Shown here piece after piece: positions 56,675 through 64,000 of a stretch of DNA of 64,000 nt (its first letter is position 1; every line of letters begins with the position of its first letter). This DNA is from Flavobacteriales bacterium. Its GTDB lineage: Bacteria; Bacteroidota; Bacteroidia; Flavobacteriales_F; PHOS-HE28. The position numbers and the translations under genes were made by a program. The notes beneath the pieces are model-generated. The model searched no databases. It saw only the letters and a program-made list of their open reading frames with translations, and had not been told where the DNA came from. The stretch spans positions 1,933,796 to 1,997,795 of the forward strand of contig CP064979.1 of the NCBI GenBank assembly GCA_016699575.1. Direction: 5' to 3'.

Positions 56675-58129
56675 TTAAAATGCTCTACTCAGATAGGTCA
56701 CTTTGACAACTACTGGCAAGCGCTCGCCGAATTGATCGACTCCAGGAAGCCGCAGAGTCAAGCCACTGGAATTCCGCGCGAGCTTGACCTTGCGACCCCT
56801 ATTCAGTGAAGAGACTTGCTCACCATGCTTCCATGGTGGAAATGGCACTGTTATCGTCCCGGGGCCTATCACCTTGGGGTCAAGGAATAGGTAGTCTGTC
56901 CGACGTTCGCCTTCTCGCATTGAAGTGGTTTGGCCAATCACCCCGGACAACCCGCTATTCGCCACACCCCGCGTCCCATACACCGCCTCCCCGTTCACCT
57001 TCAGCCACTCGCCCACTTCCTTCAAGCGCACATACGCCGTTGAGTCCAATTGCCCATCCGGTCCCGGTGCTGCGTTCAGCAGCAGACTTCCACCGCGCGA
57101 CACCACGCTCACCAGCGTGCGAATGATCTCGTCGGTGCTCTTGTACTGCTCGTTCGGCACCCAGCTCCAGCTGGTGCCCATGGGCATGCAGGTTTCCCAC
57201 GGTACGCCAAGGTCTGCATCGGGCACATGGCCTTCGGGCGTCACATAGTTCTCGTATTCGCCGCCCACGGTGCGATCCACCACGAGCAGGCCGGGCTGGT
57301 GCTTCCGCGCCATCGTTGCGATGCGCGCCATATCGATGTCCTGCTCGACGGTGATGGCCTTCTGCCAGCTCACGCTCGTGTCGATGCTGCTGAGCGGACG
57401 CACCCAACCACCATCGAGCCAGAGGATGTCCACCGTGCCGTAGCCGGTCATCAGCTCCTCGACCTGCGCATACGTGTGGTCCTTGAAATTCTGCCAACGC
57501 TCCGGGTGCTTCGTTGGCAGGTAGTTCACGCTGCGGTCCTTCGGCGGGAAGTACGGCCACCAGTAATCGGGGCTGTGCCAGTCGGGCTTGCTGAAGTAGG
57601 CACCGGTCCATAAACCCTCAGCGCGGAACGCATCGAAGATGTGTTTGGTCACGTTCGCACGCGCATTAGCGTGGAAGGGCGTCTTTGGGGAAGTGATGCG
57701 ATAGTCCGTGGTTTTCGTTTCGAACATGCAGAAGCCGTCGTGGTGCTTGGTAGTGAAGACCACGTACTTCATGCCAGCCTCCTTCGCGGCGCGCGCCCAC
57801 TTGGTCGGATCGAACTTCACGGGGTCGAACGTGGACTGCAGTGCTTCGTAGTTGCGCACGTATTCGGCGTAGGTCTTGCCGTGCGACGAGTCGCGGCGGC
57901 ACCAACCTTCATCCTCGGGGCAGATGCTCCAGCTCTCCACTACGCCCCACTGGCTGTAAGGCCCCCAGTGCATGAGCAAGCCGAACTTCAGGCCCTTCCA
58001 CTGATCGAGCTTGGCGGCCACAGCGGGGTCGGTGGGCGCGACGTAAGGAGCCTGGGCGATCAGATGATCAGACAATGGGAAGATCAGAAGATGGAATACC
58101 AGGCACGTGGTCAGTCGGGCGGCGTTCAT
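56675..58129 (-). CDS. Alpha-L-fucosidase (GH29), secreted
   Basis: WKGLKFGLLMHWGPYSQWGV...KYVVFTTKHHDGFCMFET. Signal-like N-terminus. Confidence 0.85.
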   Translation of the reverse strand: MNAARLTTCLVFHLLIFPLSDHLIAQAPYVAPTDPAVAAKLDQWKGLKFGLLMHWGPYSQWGVVESWSICPEDEGWCRRDSSHGKTYAEYVRNYEALQSTFDPVKFDPTKWARAAKEAGMKYVVFTTKHHDGFCMFETKTTDYRITSPKTPFHANARANVTKHIFDAFRAEGLWTGAYFSKPDWHSPDYWWPYFPPKDRSVNYLPTKHPERWQNFKDHTYAQVEELMTGYGTVDILWLDGGWVRPLSSIDTSVSWQKAITVEQDIDMARIATMARKHQPGLLVVDRTVGGEYENYVTPEGHVPDADLGVPWETCMPMGTSWSWVPNEQYKSTDEIIRTLVSVVSRGGSLLLNAAPGPDGQLDSTAYVRLKEVGEWLKVNGEAVYGTRGVANSGLSGVIGQTTSMREGERRTDYLFLDPKVIGPGTITVPFPPWKHGEQVSSLNRGRKVKLARNSSGLTLRLPGVDQFGERLPVVVKVTYLSRAF

Positions 58130-58237
58130 CTTCTGATCGGCTTGCTTTCACGGTAAAGGTGTGGAAAGAAGGACACCGCGCAACCCGCAGCGATGTTCGC
58201 GCCGGTCCACATTTACCCGCCCTTGTCCCCGCACCCC

Positions 58238-59539
58238 ATGAACCAGCAGCGCTCTCTTGTGCCGATCCTCATCCTAGGTCTGCTCTATTTCATCTTCGGC
58301 TTCGTTACGTGGATGAACGGACCGCTGATCCCGTTCCTGCGGATCGCATGCGAGCTGAGCGACTTCCAGGCTTCGTTCGCCCCGTTCGCTTTCTATGTGA
58401 GCTACTTCGTTATGGCGCTTCCCTCATCGGTGGTGCTGCAACGCACCGGCATGAAGAGCGGCATGAGCCTCGGCCTGGTGGTGATGGCCATCGGGGCGTT
58501 CCTGTTCATTCCGGCGGCCAACACACGTTCGGCCGCTCTGTTCATGTTCGCGCTCTTCACCATCGGCACGGGCCTCGCTTTGTTGCAGACGGCCATCAAC
58601 CCGTACGTAACGGTGGTGGGCCCCTTGGAGAGCGCCGCGAAGCGCATCAGTATCATGGGCATCTGCAACAAGGTGGGCGGCATTATTGCGCCGCTTGTGC
58701 TCGGCGCGCTCATCCTGGTGAATGCCGATGAACTGAAATCCGAGCTGGCCAACCTGCAAGGAGCCGAGCGTGCTGCACTGCTGGATGCGCGTGCTGCATT
58801 GGTCGTAACGCCTTACATCGTGCTGGCCGTTGCACTTCTGGCTGCTGCGTTGTTCATCCGTTTCTCGCCACTGCCCGAACTGGAGGAGAGCAACGATGCG
58901 AGCGCCCAAGGCGGATCGGTCTTCAAGCACCCGCAGCTCGTTCTGGGCGTTGTCGCACTCTTCGTGTACGTGTGGGCCGAGGTTCTGGCTGGCGATAGCA
59001 TACCCGTGTACGCCGAGCGGCTCGGCACGCCGCTGGACACCGCCAAGATCCTCACGAGCATGACGTTGGTGGCCATGCTGGTGGGCTACCTCATCGGCAT
59101 CGCGCTCATCCCGAAGTACGTGAGCCAGGCGAAGGCATTGATGTTCTCCGCACTGGTGGGCATGCTGCTTTCGGTGGGCATCATCATGGTGGACCCCGCG
59201 AGCACGGCCACCGCGTTCGTCTTCAACGAGAAGCTCGATTTCCAAGTTGTGCAGCTACCTGTATCCGTGATCCTTGTTGCGTTGCTGGGCTTGGCCAACG
59301 CGCTGATGTGGCCTGCTATCTGGCCATTGGCCGTGGAGGGCATCGGCAAGGCACTGAAAACGGGCAGCGCACTGCTCATCATGGCCATCCTTGGCGGCGC
59401 TGTTGCCATGCCGGTATGGTCGGGCATGTCGGCGGACAAGTCCGTGGAGGCATCGCAGAACGCGTACGCACTGCTGCTCGTGTTCTACCTGTTCATCGGC
59501 TGGTATGCGATGAACGGCCACCGCAAGCGCGCGTGGTGA
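58238..59539 (+). CDS. Sugar MFS transporter (FucP/GluP family)
   Basis: MNQQRSLVPILILGLLYFIFGFVTWMNGPLIPFL is the GluP/FucP-type N-terminus. It has 12 predicted helices and sits next to the GH29 genes. Confidence 0.75.
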   Translation: MNQQRSLVPILILGLLYFIFGFVTWMNGPLIPFLRIACELSDFQASFAPFAFYVSYFVMALPSSVVLQRTGMKSGMSLGLVVMAIGAFLFIPAANTRSAALFMFALFTIGTGLALLQTAINPYVTVVGPLESAAKRISIMGICNKVGGIIAPLVLGALILVNADELKSELANLQGAERAALLDARAALVVTPYIVLAVALLAAALFIRFSPLPELEESNDASAQGGSVFKHPQLVLGVVALFVYVWAEVLAGDSIPVYAERLGTPLDTAKILTSMTLVAMLVGYLIGIALIPKYVSQAKALMFSALVGMLLSVGIIMVDPASTATAFVFNEKLDFQVVQLPVSVILVALLGLANALMWPAIWPLAVEGIGKALKTGSALLIMAILGGAVAMPVWSGMSADKSVEASQNAYALLLVFYLFIGWYAMNGHRKRAW

Positions 59540-59540
59540 G

Positions 59541-61082
59541 CTAGGGTTTCACGAACTTCACGATGGCGCGCTCACTGCCGAGGCGCACAATGGCCACGTA
59601 GGCGCCGGGCTTCAGATCGCGGAGCGGCACCACGTGTTCACCGTTGGGCGAAGGCACGGAAGCGTTGAACACGGATCGACCGGTCGCATCCACCAGCAGC
59701 GTTTGCAGCTCGCCGCCACCGTCCATGCCGCCGATGTGCAAGCCCGTTCCGGCATCGAACCATGTGCGCAGAGCTAGGCCTTGCTCCGCGATGCCCGACG
59801 CATCGATGGCCTGCGGCGTGCGGCAGAACGTGTAGCTGTTGATGAGGCTGATGGCGGGTGCCAGGCTGTCGGTGCGCCAGCCGCGCAGGGTGATGCATAC
59901 ATCGGTGCCGTCATCGTCCACCAGCACCTCGCCGAACTGCCCGAAGGCCTCCGTGGGGTTGGGGAAGCTGCCGCCCTGGTTGAACATGCCGCCCTTGTAC
60001 GAGCCGCCCCGGTTGAGCCCGGCAGCTTGCAGGATGGGATAGCGGTACGAACTGCTCTGCCCCGTGCTGAAATCGGCGTTGGCCCCATCGTCGATGGCCA
60101 GCATGTGTGCGTCGCCACTGAGGATGAAGAGGTCGTCGATGGCGTTGTCGCGCAACCAGTTGCCCAGCTGCTCGCGCTCCTGCGGCGCACTGCCCCAGTT
60201 CTCCGGATAGCCGATGCTGTTCCAACTGAGCGTGGTGGCCCAGCAGGCCACCAGCCCGCTGTCGCGCGCCAGGAGCAGCTGCTCGCGCAGCCACGCGTGC
60301 TGCATGCTGTCCATCATGTGCGTGCTGTCCTTGGTGGCGTGCATGTCGGTGAGGATGAAGCGCACGCGGCCGATGGTGAAGGCCTGGTACACCGCCGTGT
60401 CGTGCGCCAACTTGTAGTGGGGCACGTGCTCGCGGTAGGCACGGGCGGCGCTCGGCTTGCCCACGGAGTGCGTGTTGGAGGCATTGCCGCTGAAGTCATG
60501 GTCGTCCCACACGTGCGCAAGGGGCGTCATGTGCAGAAAGTCGATCATGGGGTGCTTGGTGTACACCTCGTTCACGTACGCGTCGCGGTGCACGTTCACA
60601 TCGGTGCTGGTCGGCTCGGCATAGTGCAGATCGCCCAGGCTTAGGAAGAAGAGCGGCTGCAGCCACTGCATGCTCTGCCACACGGGGTGGGCACCACTCC
60701 CGTTGCACGACCCCGTGGTGAAGCTGAACGAATACGGTCCTGCTTCCGGGGTGCGGAAATCGCCGATGTTCGGTGCGCTGGTATCGGTGGTGCCGCTCAC
60801 CTCGAAGCGGTACTTGTAGTGCGTGCCGGGCTGCAGACCGTGCATACGGAAGGGCACCACCAGGTCGCGCGATGTGTCGGCTGTCATGTACGGCGACCAC
60901 AGCGGCGAACCCCAGAACGGGTCATCGTCCAACAACAGGCGCACGCTGTCGTTGGGGCCGCTCAATTGCGCATGCACGCGGATGCGATCGTGCGCCAGCG
61001 CGCCGCTCCAGTGGTGCAGCACGCTGTCCTGCGCGCACAGGGCATCACCGATGAAGAGCAGCAGGGGCAACAACCAGCGCAT
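59541..61082 (-). CDS. PhoD-like metallophosphatase with T9SS C-terminal sorting domain
   Basis: VWDDHDFSGN, ILSGDAHMLAIDDG and an N-terminal PhoD_N-like beta domain. The C-terminus is LLVDATGRSVF...LKPGAYVAIVRLGSERAIVKFVKP. Confidence 0.75.
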   Translation of the reverse strand: MRWLLPLLLFIGDALCAQDSVLHHWSGALAHDRIRVHAQLSGPNDSVRLLLDDDPFWGSPLWSPYMTADTSRDLVVPFRMHGLQPGTHYKYRFEVSGTTDTSAPNIGDFRTPEAGPYSFSFTTGSCNGSGAHPVWQSMQWLQPLFFLSLGDLHYAEPTSTDVNVHRDAYVNEVYTKHPMIDFLHMTPLAHVWDDHDFSGNASNTHSVGKPSAARAYREHVPHYKLAHDTAVYQAFTIGRVRFILTDMHATKDSTHMMDSMQHAWLREQLLLARDSGLVACWATTLSWNSIGYPENWGSAPQEREQLGNWLRDNAIDDLFILSGDAHMLAIDDGANADFSTGQSSSYRYPILQAAGLNRGGSYKGGMFNQGGSFPNPTEAFGQFGEVLVDDDGTDVCITLRGWRTDSLAPAISLINSYTFCRTPQAIDASGIAEQGLALRTWFDAGTGLHIGGMDGGGELQTLLVDATGRSVFNASVPSPNGEHVVPLRDLKPGAYVAIVRLGSERAIVKFVKP

Positions 61083-61143
61083 GACGCGAAGATGCGTTGT
61101 GGCGGGCGCTCGCTGCGCTCTCGCCGGACGAACGGAAGAAGAT

Positions 61144-61230
61144 CAACCACGGATGCACGGCGATGGACGGGGATGAAATACCAGGAAGGAGTGGGCTCCA
61201 TCGCCGTGTATCGCCGTGCATCCGTGGTTG
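61144..61230. repeat. Perfect 21-bp inverted repeat (CAACCACGGATGCACGGCGAT / ATCGCCGTGCATCCGTGGTTG) with 45-nt spacer
   Basis: The arms are 61144-61164 and 61210-61230. An extra tandem ATCGCCGTG at 61200-61208 offers an alternative pairing. It lies 8 nt downstream of the PAP2-like gene stop and 61 nt upstream of the PhoD-like ATG on the minus strand. Confidence 0.85.
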
Positions 61231-61238
61231 GCATTGCC

Positions 61239-61877
61239 TCACAACACCACGCCCGCCATCATCGCGACATACACACAGGCGAAGCCCATCAATGTCCCAA
61301 CGTACAACTGCGCCGGCGTGTGGTCGCTATCGACCAGTCGCGCGGTGCCGAGCAGCCTGGCCACCAGTACGAAGGGCACGATGAGCAGCACGCTGAACGA
61401 ACCGAAGAGCTGCTGCAAGGCCAGCAGCGCACCGATGAGCCCGCCGATGCCCGCCATGTGCAGGCTCACCTTCCACCAGAACGTTGTGACGAGGGTGGCC
61501 ACCAGCGTGAGGCCCATGCCCAGGAACATGCTGAGCGCTGCGGGCTGGTGGGGGTACTTCCGCAGCAGCCAATAAGCCACGCAGTAATAGATGAGCGTGC
61601 CCATCATGGGCGATATGCGGGCGGCGCGGTCGTTCAGCACGACATCGTCCATACGGTGGCCACGGCGCAGGATGAGGGCGCCCAACAAGGGGAACACGCC
61701 CGTCATCACCGCAACGACGAGGTGGTTGTACCACTGCGCCTCTTTCGGCATGAAGAAGCCCAGGTGCGGCTCAACGCGGAACGCGACCAGGAAGGTGTAC
61801 AGCGGCATCCACAGCGGATGCAGGAGGATTGAGAGGGCGCGGGCAAGAGCTTTCAAAGGCGAAGTGTCAAAGCACAA
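61239..61877 (-). CDS. PAP2-like integral membrane protein
   Basis: KVSLHMAGIGG and ARLVDSDHTPAQ resemble the PAP2 C2/C3 motifs, with six hydrophobic segments. The track start is a TTG inside the repeat cluster, so the true start is uncertain. Confidence 0.45.
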   Translation of the reverse strand: MCFDTSPLKALARALSILLHPLWMPLYTFLVAFRVEPHLGFFMPKEAQWYNHLVVAVMTGVFPLLGALILRRGHRMDDVVLNDRAARISPMMGTLIYYCVAYWLLRKYPHQPAALSMFLGMGLTLVATLVTTFWWKVSLHMAGIGGLIGALLALQQLFGSFSVLLIVPFVLVARLLGTARLVDSDHTPAQLYVGTLMGFACVYVAMMAGVVL

Positions 61878-62008
61878 GTGTCAAGTGACAAAGCTCAAAA
61901 GCGGGAGAGCGGGAGCAAGTGTCAAGTGACAAAGTCCAAAGCAGCCTGATCGAAACTCTGGGATGTCACCCTTGGATCTTGACACTTGCTACTTGGACCT
62001 TGTCACTT
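61861..62008. repeat. Cluster of seven AAGTGWCAA motifs, including a 19-bp exact direct repeat
   Basis: Plus-strand copies are at 61862, 61876, 61883, 61917 and 61924. Minus-strand copies are at 61979-61987 and 62000-62008. CAAGTGTCAAGTGACAAAG occurs at 61875-61893 and 61916-61934, each containing TGTCA-AG-TGACA. Confidence 0.85.
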
Positions 62009-62027
62009 AAAGCAACCAGCGCGTTCC

Positions 62028-63494
62028 TCAAAGCTGCTTCCTCATCCGGGCCACGGGCACTTGCAGTTGCTCGCGGTACTTGGCCACGGTGCGGCGCGCG
62101 ATGTTGTAGCCTTTCTCTTTCAGTAGCGCGGTGAGCTCCTCGTCGGTGAGCGGGTTGCGCTTGTCCTCGGCGTCCAGTGCGTCCTTCAGGATCTTCTTCA
62201 CCTCGCGCGTGCTCACCTCCTCGCCCTCCTGATTGGTGAGGCTCTCGCTGAAGAAGAACTTCAGGATGATGGTGCCGTAGTTGGTCTGCACGTACTTGCT
62301 GTTGGCCACACGGCTGATGGTGCTGATGTCCATGCCCACCTTTTCGGCAATGTCCTTCAGGATCATCGGCTTCAACTTGGTCTCGTCACCGGTGAGGAAG
62401 AACTCGCGCTGGTGCTCCATGATGGCCTCCATGGTGATGAGGAGCGTGTGCTGGCGCTGCTTGATGGCGTCGATGAACCACTTGGCGCCGTCGAGCTTCT
62501 GCTTCACGAACATCATAGCGTCCTTGGCGCCCTTGTCGTTCTTGTTGCGCTTGTACGCGTCGATCATCTCGCGGTACTGGCGGCTCACGCGCAGCTCGGG
62601 CGCGTTGCGGCTGTTGAGCATCAGCTCCAGTTGCCCGTCTATGGTGTTGATGATGAAATCGGGCACCACCTCCTGCGCACTGCGCTCGGCCTCGCGCAAG
62701 GTGCCGCCGGGTTTCGGGTTCAGGCGGTGGATCTCCTCCAGCGCGGCCTTCAACGCATCCTCGTCGATCTCCAGCGCCTCGGTCAGTTTGTCGTAGTGCT
62801 TCTTGCTGAAGGCATCGAAGTGCTTCTCCACGATGGCCTTCGCGGTGAGCGTGTCCACGGCGCGGGGCATGCGCTTCAGTTGCAGCAGCAGGCACTCGCG
62901 CAGGTCGCGGGCGCCCACGCCGGGCGGGTCCAGCGCTTGCACATGGCGCAGCACGGCTTCCAGCTCGGCCTTGTTGGTGTCGATGCCCTGGCTGAAGGCG
63001 AGGTCGTTGGCAATGGCTTCCAGGTCGCGGCGCAGGTAGCCGTCCTCGTCCAGGTTGCCGATGATGTGCTGACCGAGGATCTCCGTGCGTTCGTCCACCT
63101 CGCGCAGGGCCAGCTGGTCCATCAGCAGATCGGCGAAGCTCTTGCCGCCGGCCAGGGGCACCTCGTATTCGTCGTCATCGCGCCCCTTGTTCTGCACTTG
63201 CAGCTTGTAGTCGGGGGTGTCGTCGTCGTAGTAGGCGCTCAGGTCGATGTCCTCCTCACCGGGGATGTCCTCGTTGGCCTCGCTGGCCTCGCTGTCGGCC
63301 AGGGCCTGGTCCTCGGTGGGCAGCTCCTCTTCCTCGCCCATGTCCTCGCCCTCCTCCAGTGCGGGGTTGTCCTCTATCTCCTGCTTTATGCGTTGCTCCA
63401 GCTCAGCGGTGGGCACCTGCAGCAGCTTCATCAGCTGTATCTGCTGGGGGCTCATCTTCTGCTGGAGCTTCAGCGAAAGGTTCTGCTTCAACAT
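62028..63494 (-). CDS. rpoN: RNA polymerase sigma-54 factor
   Basis: MLKQNLSLKLQQKMSPQQIQLMKLLQ at the N-terminus, an acidic region II, and the C-terminal RpoN box ARRTVAKYRE. ATG 63494 (the track ORF extends spuriously to 63710). Confidence 0.95.
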   Translation of the reverse strand: MLKQNLSLKLQQKMSPQQIQLMKLLQVPTAELEQRIKQEIEDNPALEEGEDMGEEEELPTEDQALADSEASEANEDIPGEEDIDLSAYYDDDTPDYKLQVQNKGRDDDEYEVPLAGGKSFADLLMDQLALREVDERTEILGQHIIGNLDEDGYLRRDLEAIANDLAFSQGIDTNKAELEAVLRHVQALDPPGVGARDLRECLLLQLKRMPRAVDTLTAKAIVEKHFDAFSKKHYDKLTEALEIDEDALKAALEEIHRLNPKPGGTLREAERSAQEVVPDFIINTIDGQLELMLNSRNAPELRVSRQYREMIDAYKRNKNDKGAKDAMMFVKQKLDGAKWFIDAIKQRQHTLLITMEAIMEHQREFFLTGDETKLKPMILKDIAEKVGMDISTISRVANSKYVQTNYGTIILKFFFSESLTNQEGEEVSTREVKKILKDALDAEDKRNPLTDEELTALLKEKGYNIARRTVAKYREQLQVPVARMRKQL

Positions 63495-63562
63495 ATCGGG
63501 GGCGAAGGTACCGGAGGGCGAAGGCATACGATGTGCCGGGCGTGGGTGAGGGGTGCCGTTGG

Positions 63563-63601
63563 TGAAAACAACAACCCCCGACCTGTCCGGGCCGGGGGTT
63601 G
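63563..63601 (-). terminator. Candidate intrinsic terminator after the upstream partial gene
   Basis: The minus strand reads CAACCCCCG-12 nt loop-CGGGGGTTG followed by TTGTTTT. The stem is 63572-63580 / 63593-63601. It begins 24 nt after the stop at 63625. Confidence 0.55.
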
Positions 63602-63624
63602 CACAAATTGTTTGATGGACCTGC

Positions 63625-64000
63625 TCAGGTGCGAGGCTGGCTGCCGGGCATGTTGGCCAGGCGGCGCATTGTAGCCACCAGTCCGGCAACATCCTCGGGG
63701 GTGTCGCCATGCTGGGCGGCTTGGCGTTGGGCCTCAGCCTCCACCTCGCGCATCATGCGTTCGCGCTGGCCTACGGTGAAGTTGTTGAAGTAGAGCTTCA
63801 GGTCCAGTCCCTCGGCCAGCATCTGTTGCTCGGCATCCAGCTTCCCGAAGTCCACGAACGTGTGCAGCTTGCTGATGCCGGTGGTTTTGTTCCATTGGCC
63901 GAAACCGACGCCCTGCGACATACCGGCCATCACCTCGTACACATTGTTGCCCTCGTCGGCCAAGGTGTGGAAGGCGGGGGTGTGGTTGGCCTGGAAGAAT
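63625..64000 (-). CDS. 3' part of an unidentified protein-coding gene (continues beyond the window)
   Basis: The frame is open from nt 64000 (…FFQANHTPAFHTLADEGNNVYEVMAGMSQGVGFGQWNK…) to the stop at 63625. The composition looks coding, but no family is recognised. Confidence 0.5.
   Translation of the reverse strand, partial: FFQANHTPAFHTLADEGNNVYEVMAGMSQGVGFGQWNKTTGISKLHTFVDFGKLDAEQQMLAEGLDLKLYFNNFTVGQRERMMREVEAEAQRQAAQHGDTPEDVAGLVATMRRLANMPGSQPRT

Overview
This is a high-G+C chromosomal segment, most likely from a member of the Bacteroidota. Three secreted proteins end in T9SS-type C-terminal sorting domains. TAnnTTTG-like -7 promoter boxes sit upstream of many genes, and the succinate dehydrogenase operon is the cytochrome-b558 sdhCAB type. 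About 58 protein-coding genes are packed tightly, with many 4-nt start/stop overlaps (ATGA, GTGA, TTGA). I saw no rRNA, tRNA, CRISPR array, transposase or integrase. Well-recognised housekeeping genes are rpiB, mnmG (gidA), folB, gltX, pgk, lysS, sdhCAB, rpoN, scoA/scoB and an ALDH7-type aldehyde dehydrogenase. Accessory content: (1) A roughly 13 kb block (23.8-37.2 kb) encodes six large polytopic membrane proteins. Three of them are clear paralogs with a PMT/ArnT-like DE motif, and one of those is frameshifted. The block also holds a Dpm1/GtrB-like GT2 and a GH5-like lipoprotein. It is threaded through, and splits, the scoA/scoB CoA-transferase pair. This is my best candidate for an undescribed periplasmic glycan-assembly system. 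(2) A roughly 1.15 kb lower-G+C islet carries an Abi_2 (AbiD/F-like) abortive-infection gene. It is inserted at the 3' end of lysS and flanked by a 133-bp imperfect duplication of the lysS 3' end, whose 7 differences are all synonymous. (3) There are three type II toxin-antitoxin pairs: ParE-like, DUF433/DUF5615 and RelE-like. (4) A DUF2339 - DUF3999-like - PKD/T9SS-cargo gene trio. (5) A fucose-related locus with two GH29 genes and an MFS transporter. (6) Several non-coding oddities: a GATC-saturated repetitive intergenic region, a cluster of AAGTGWCAA motifs, a perfect 21-bp inverted repeat and a duplicated 17-bp palindrome. All coordinates and counts come from manual reading of the sequence. 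Family names are assigned from remembered motifs, not from searches.
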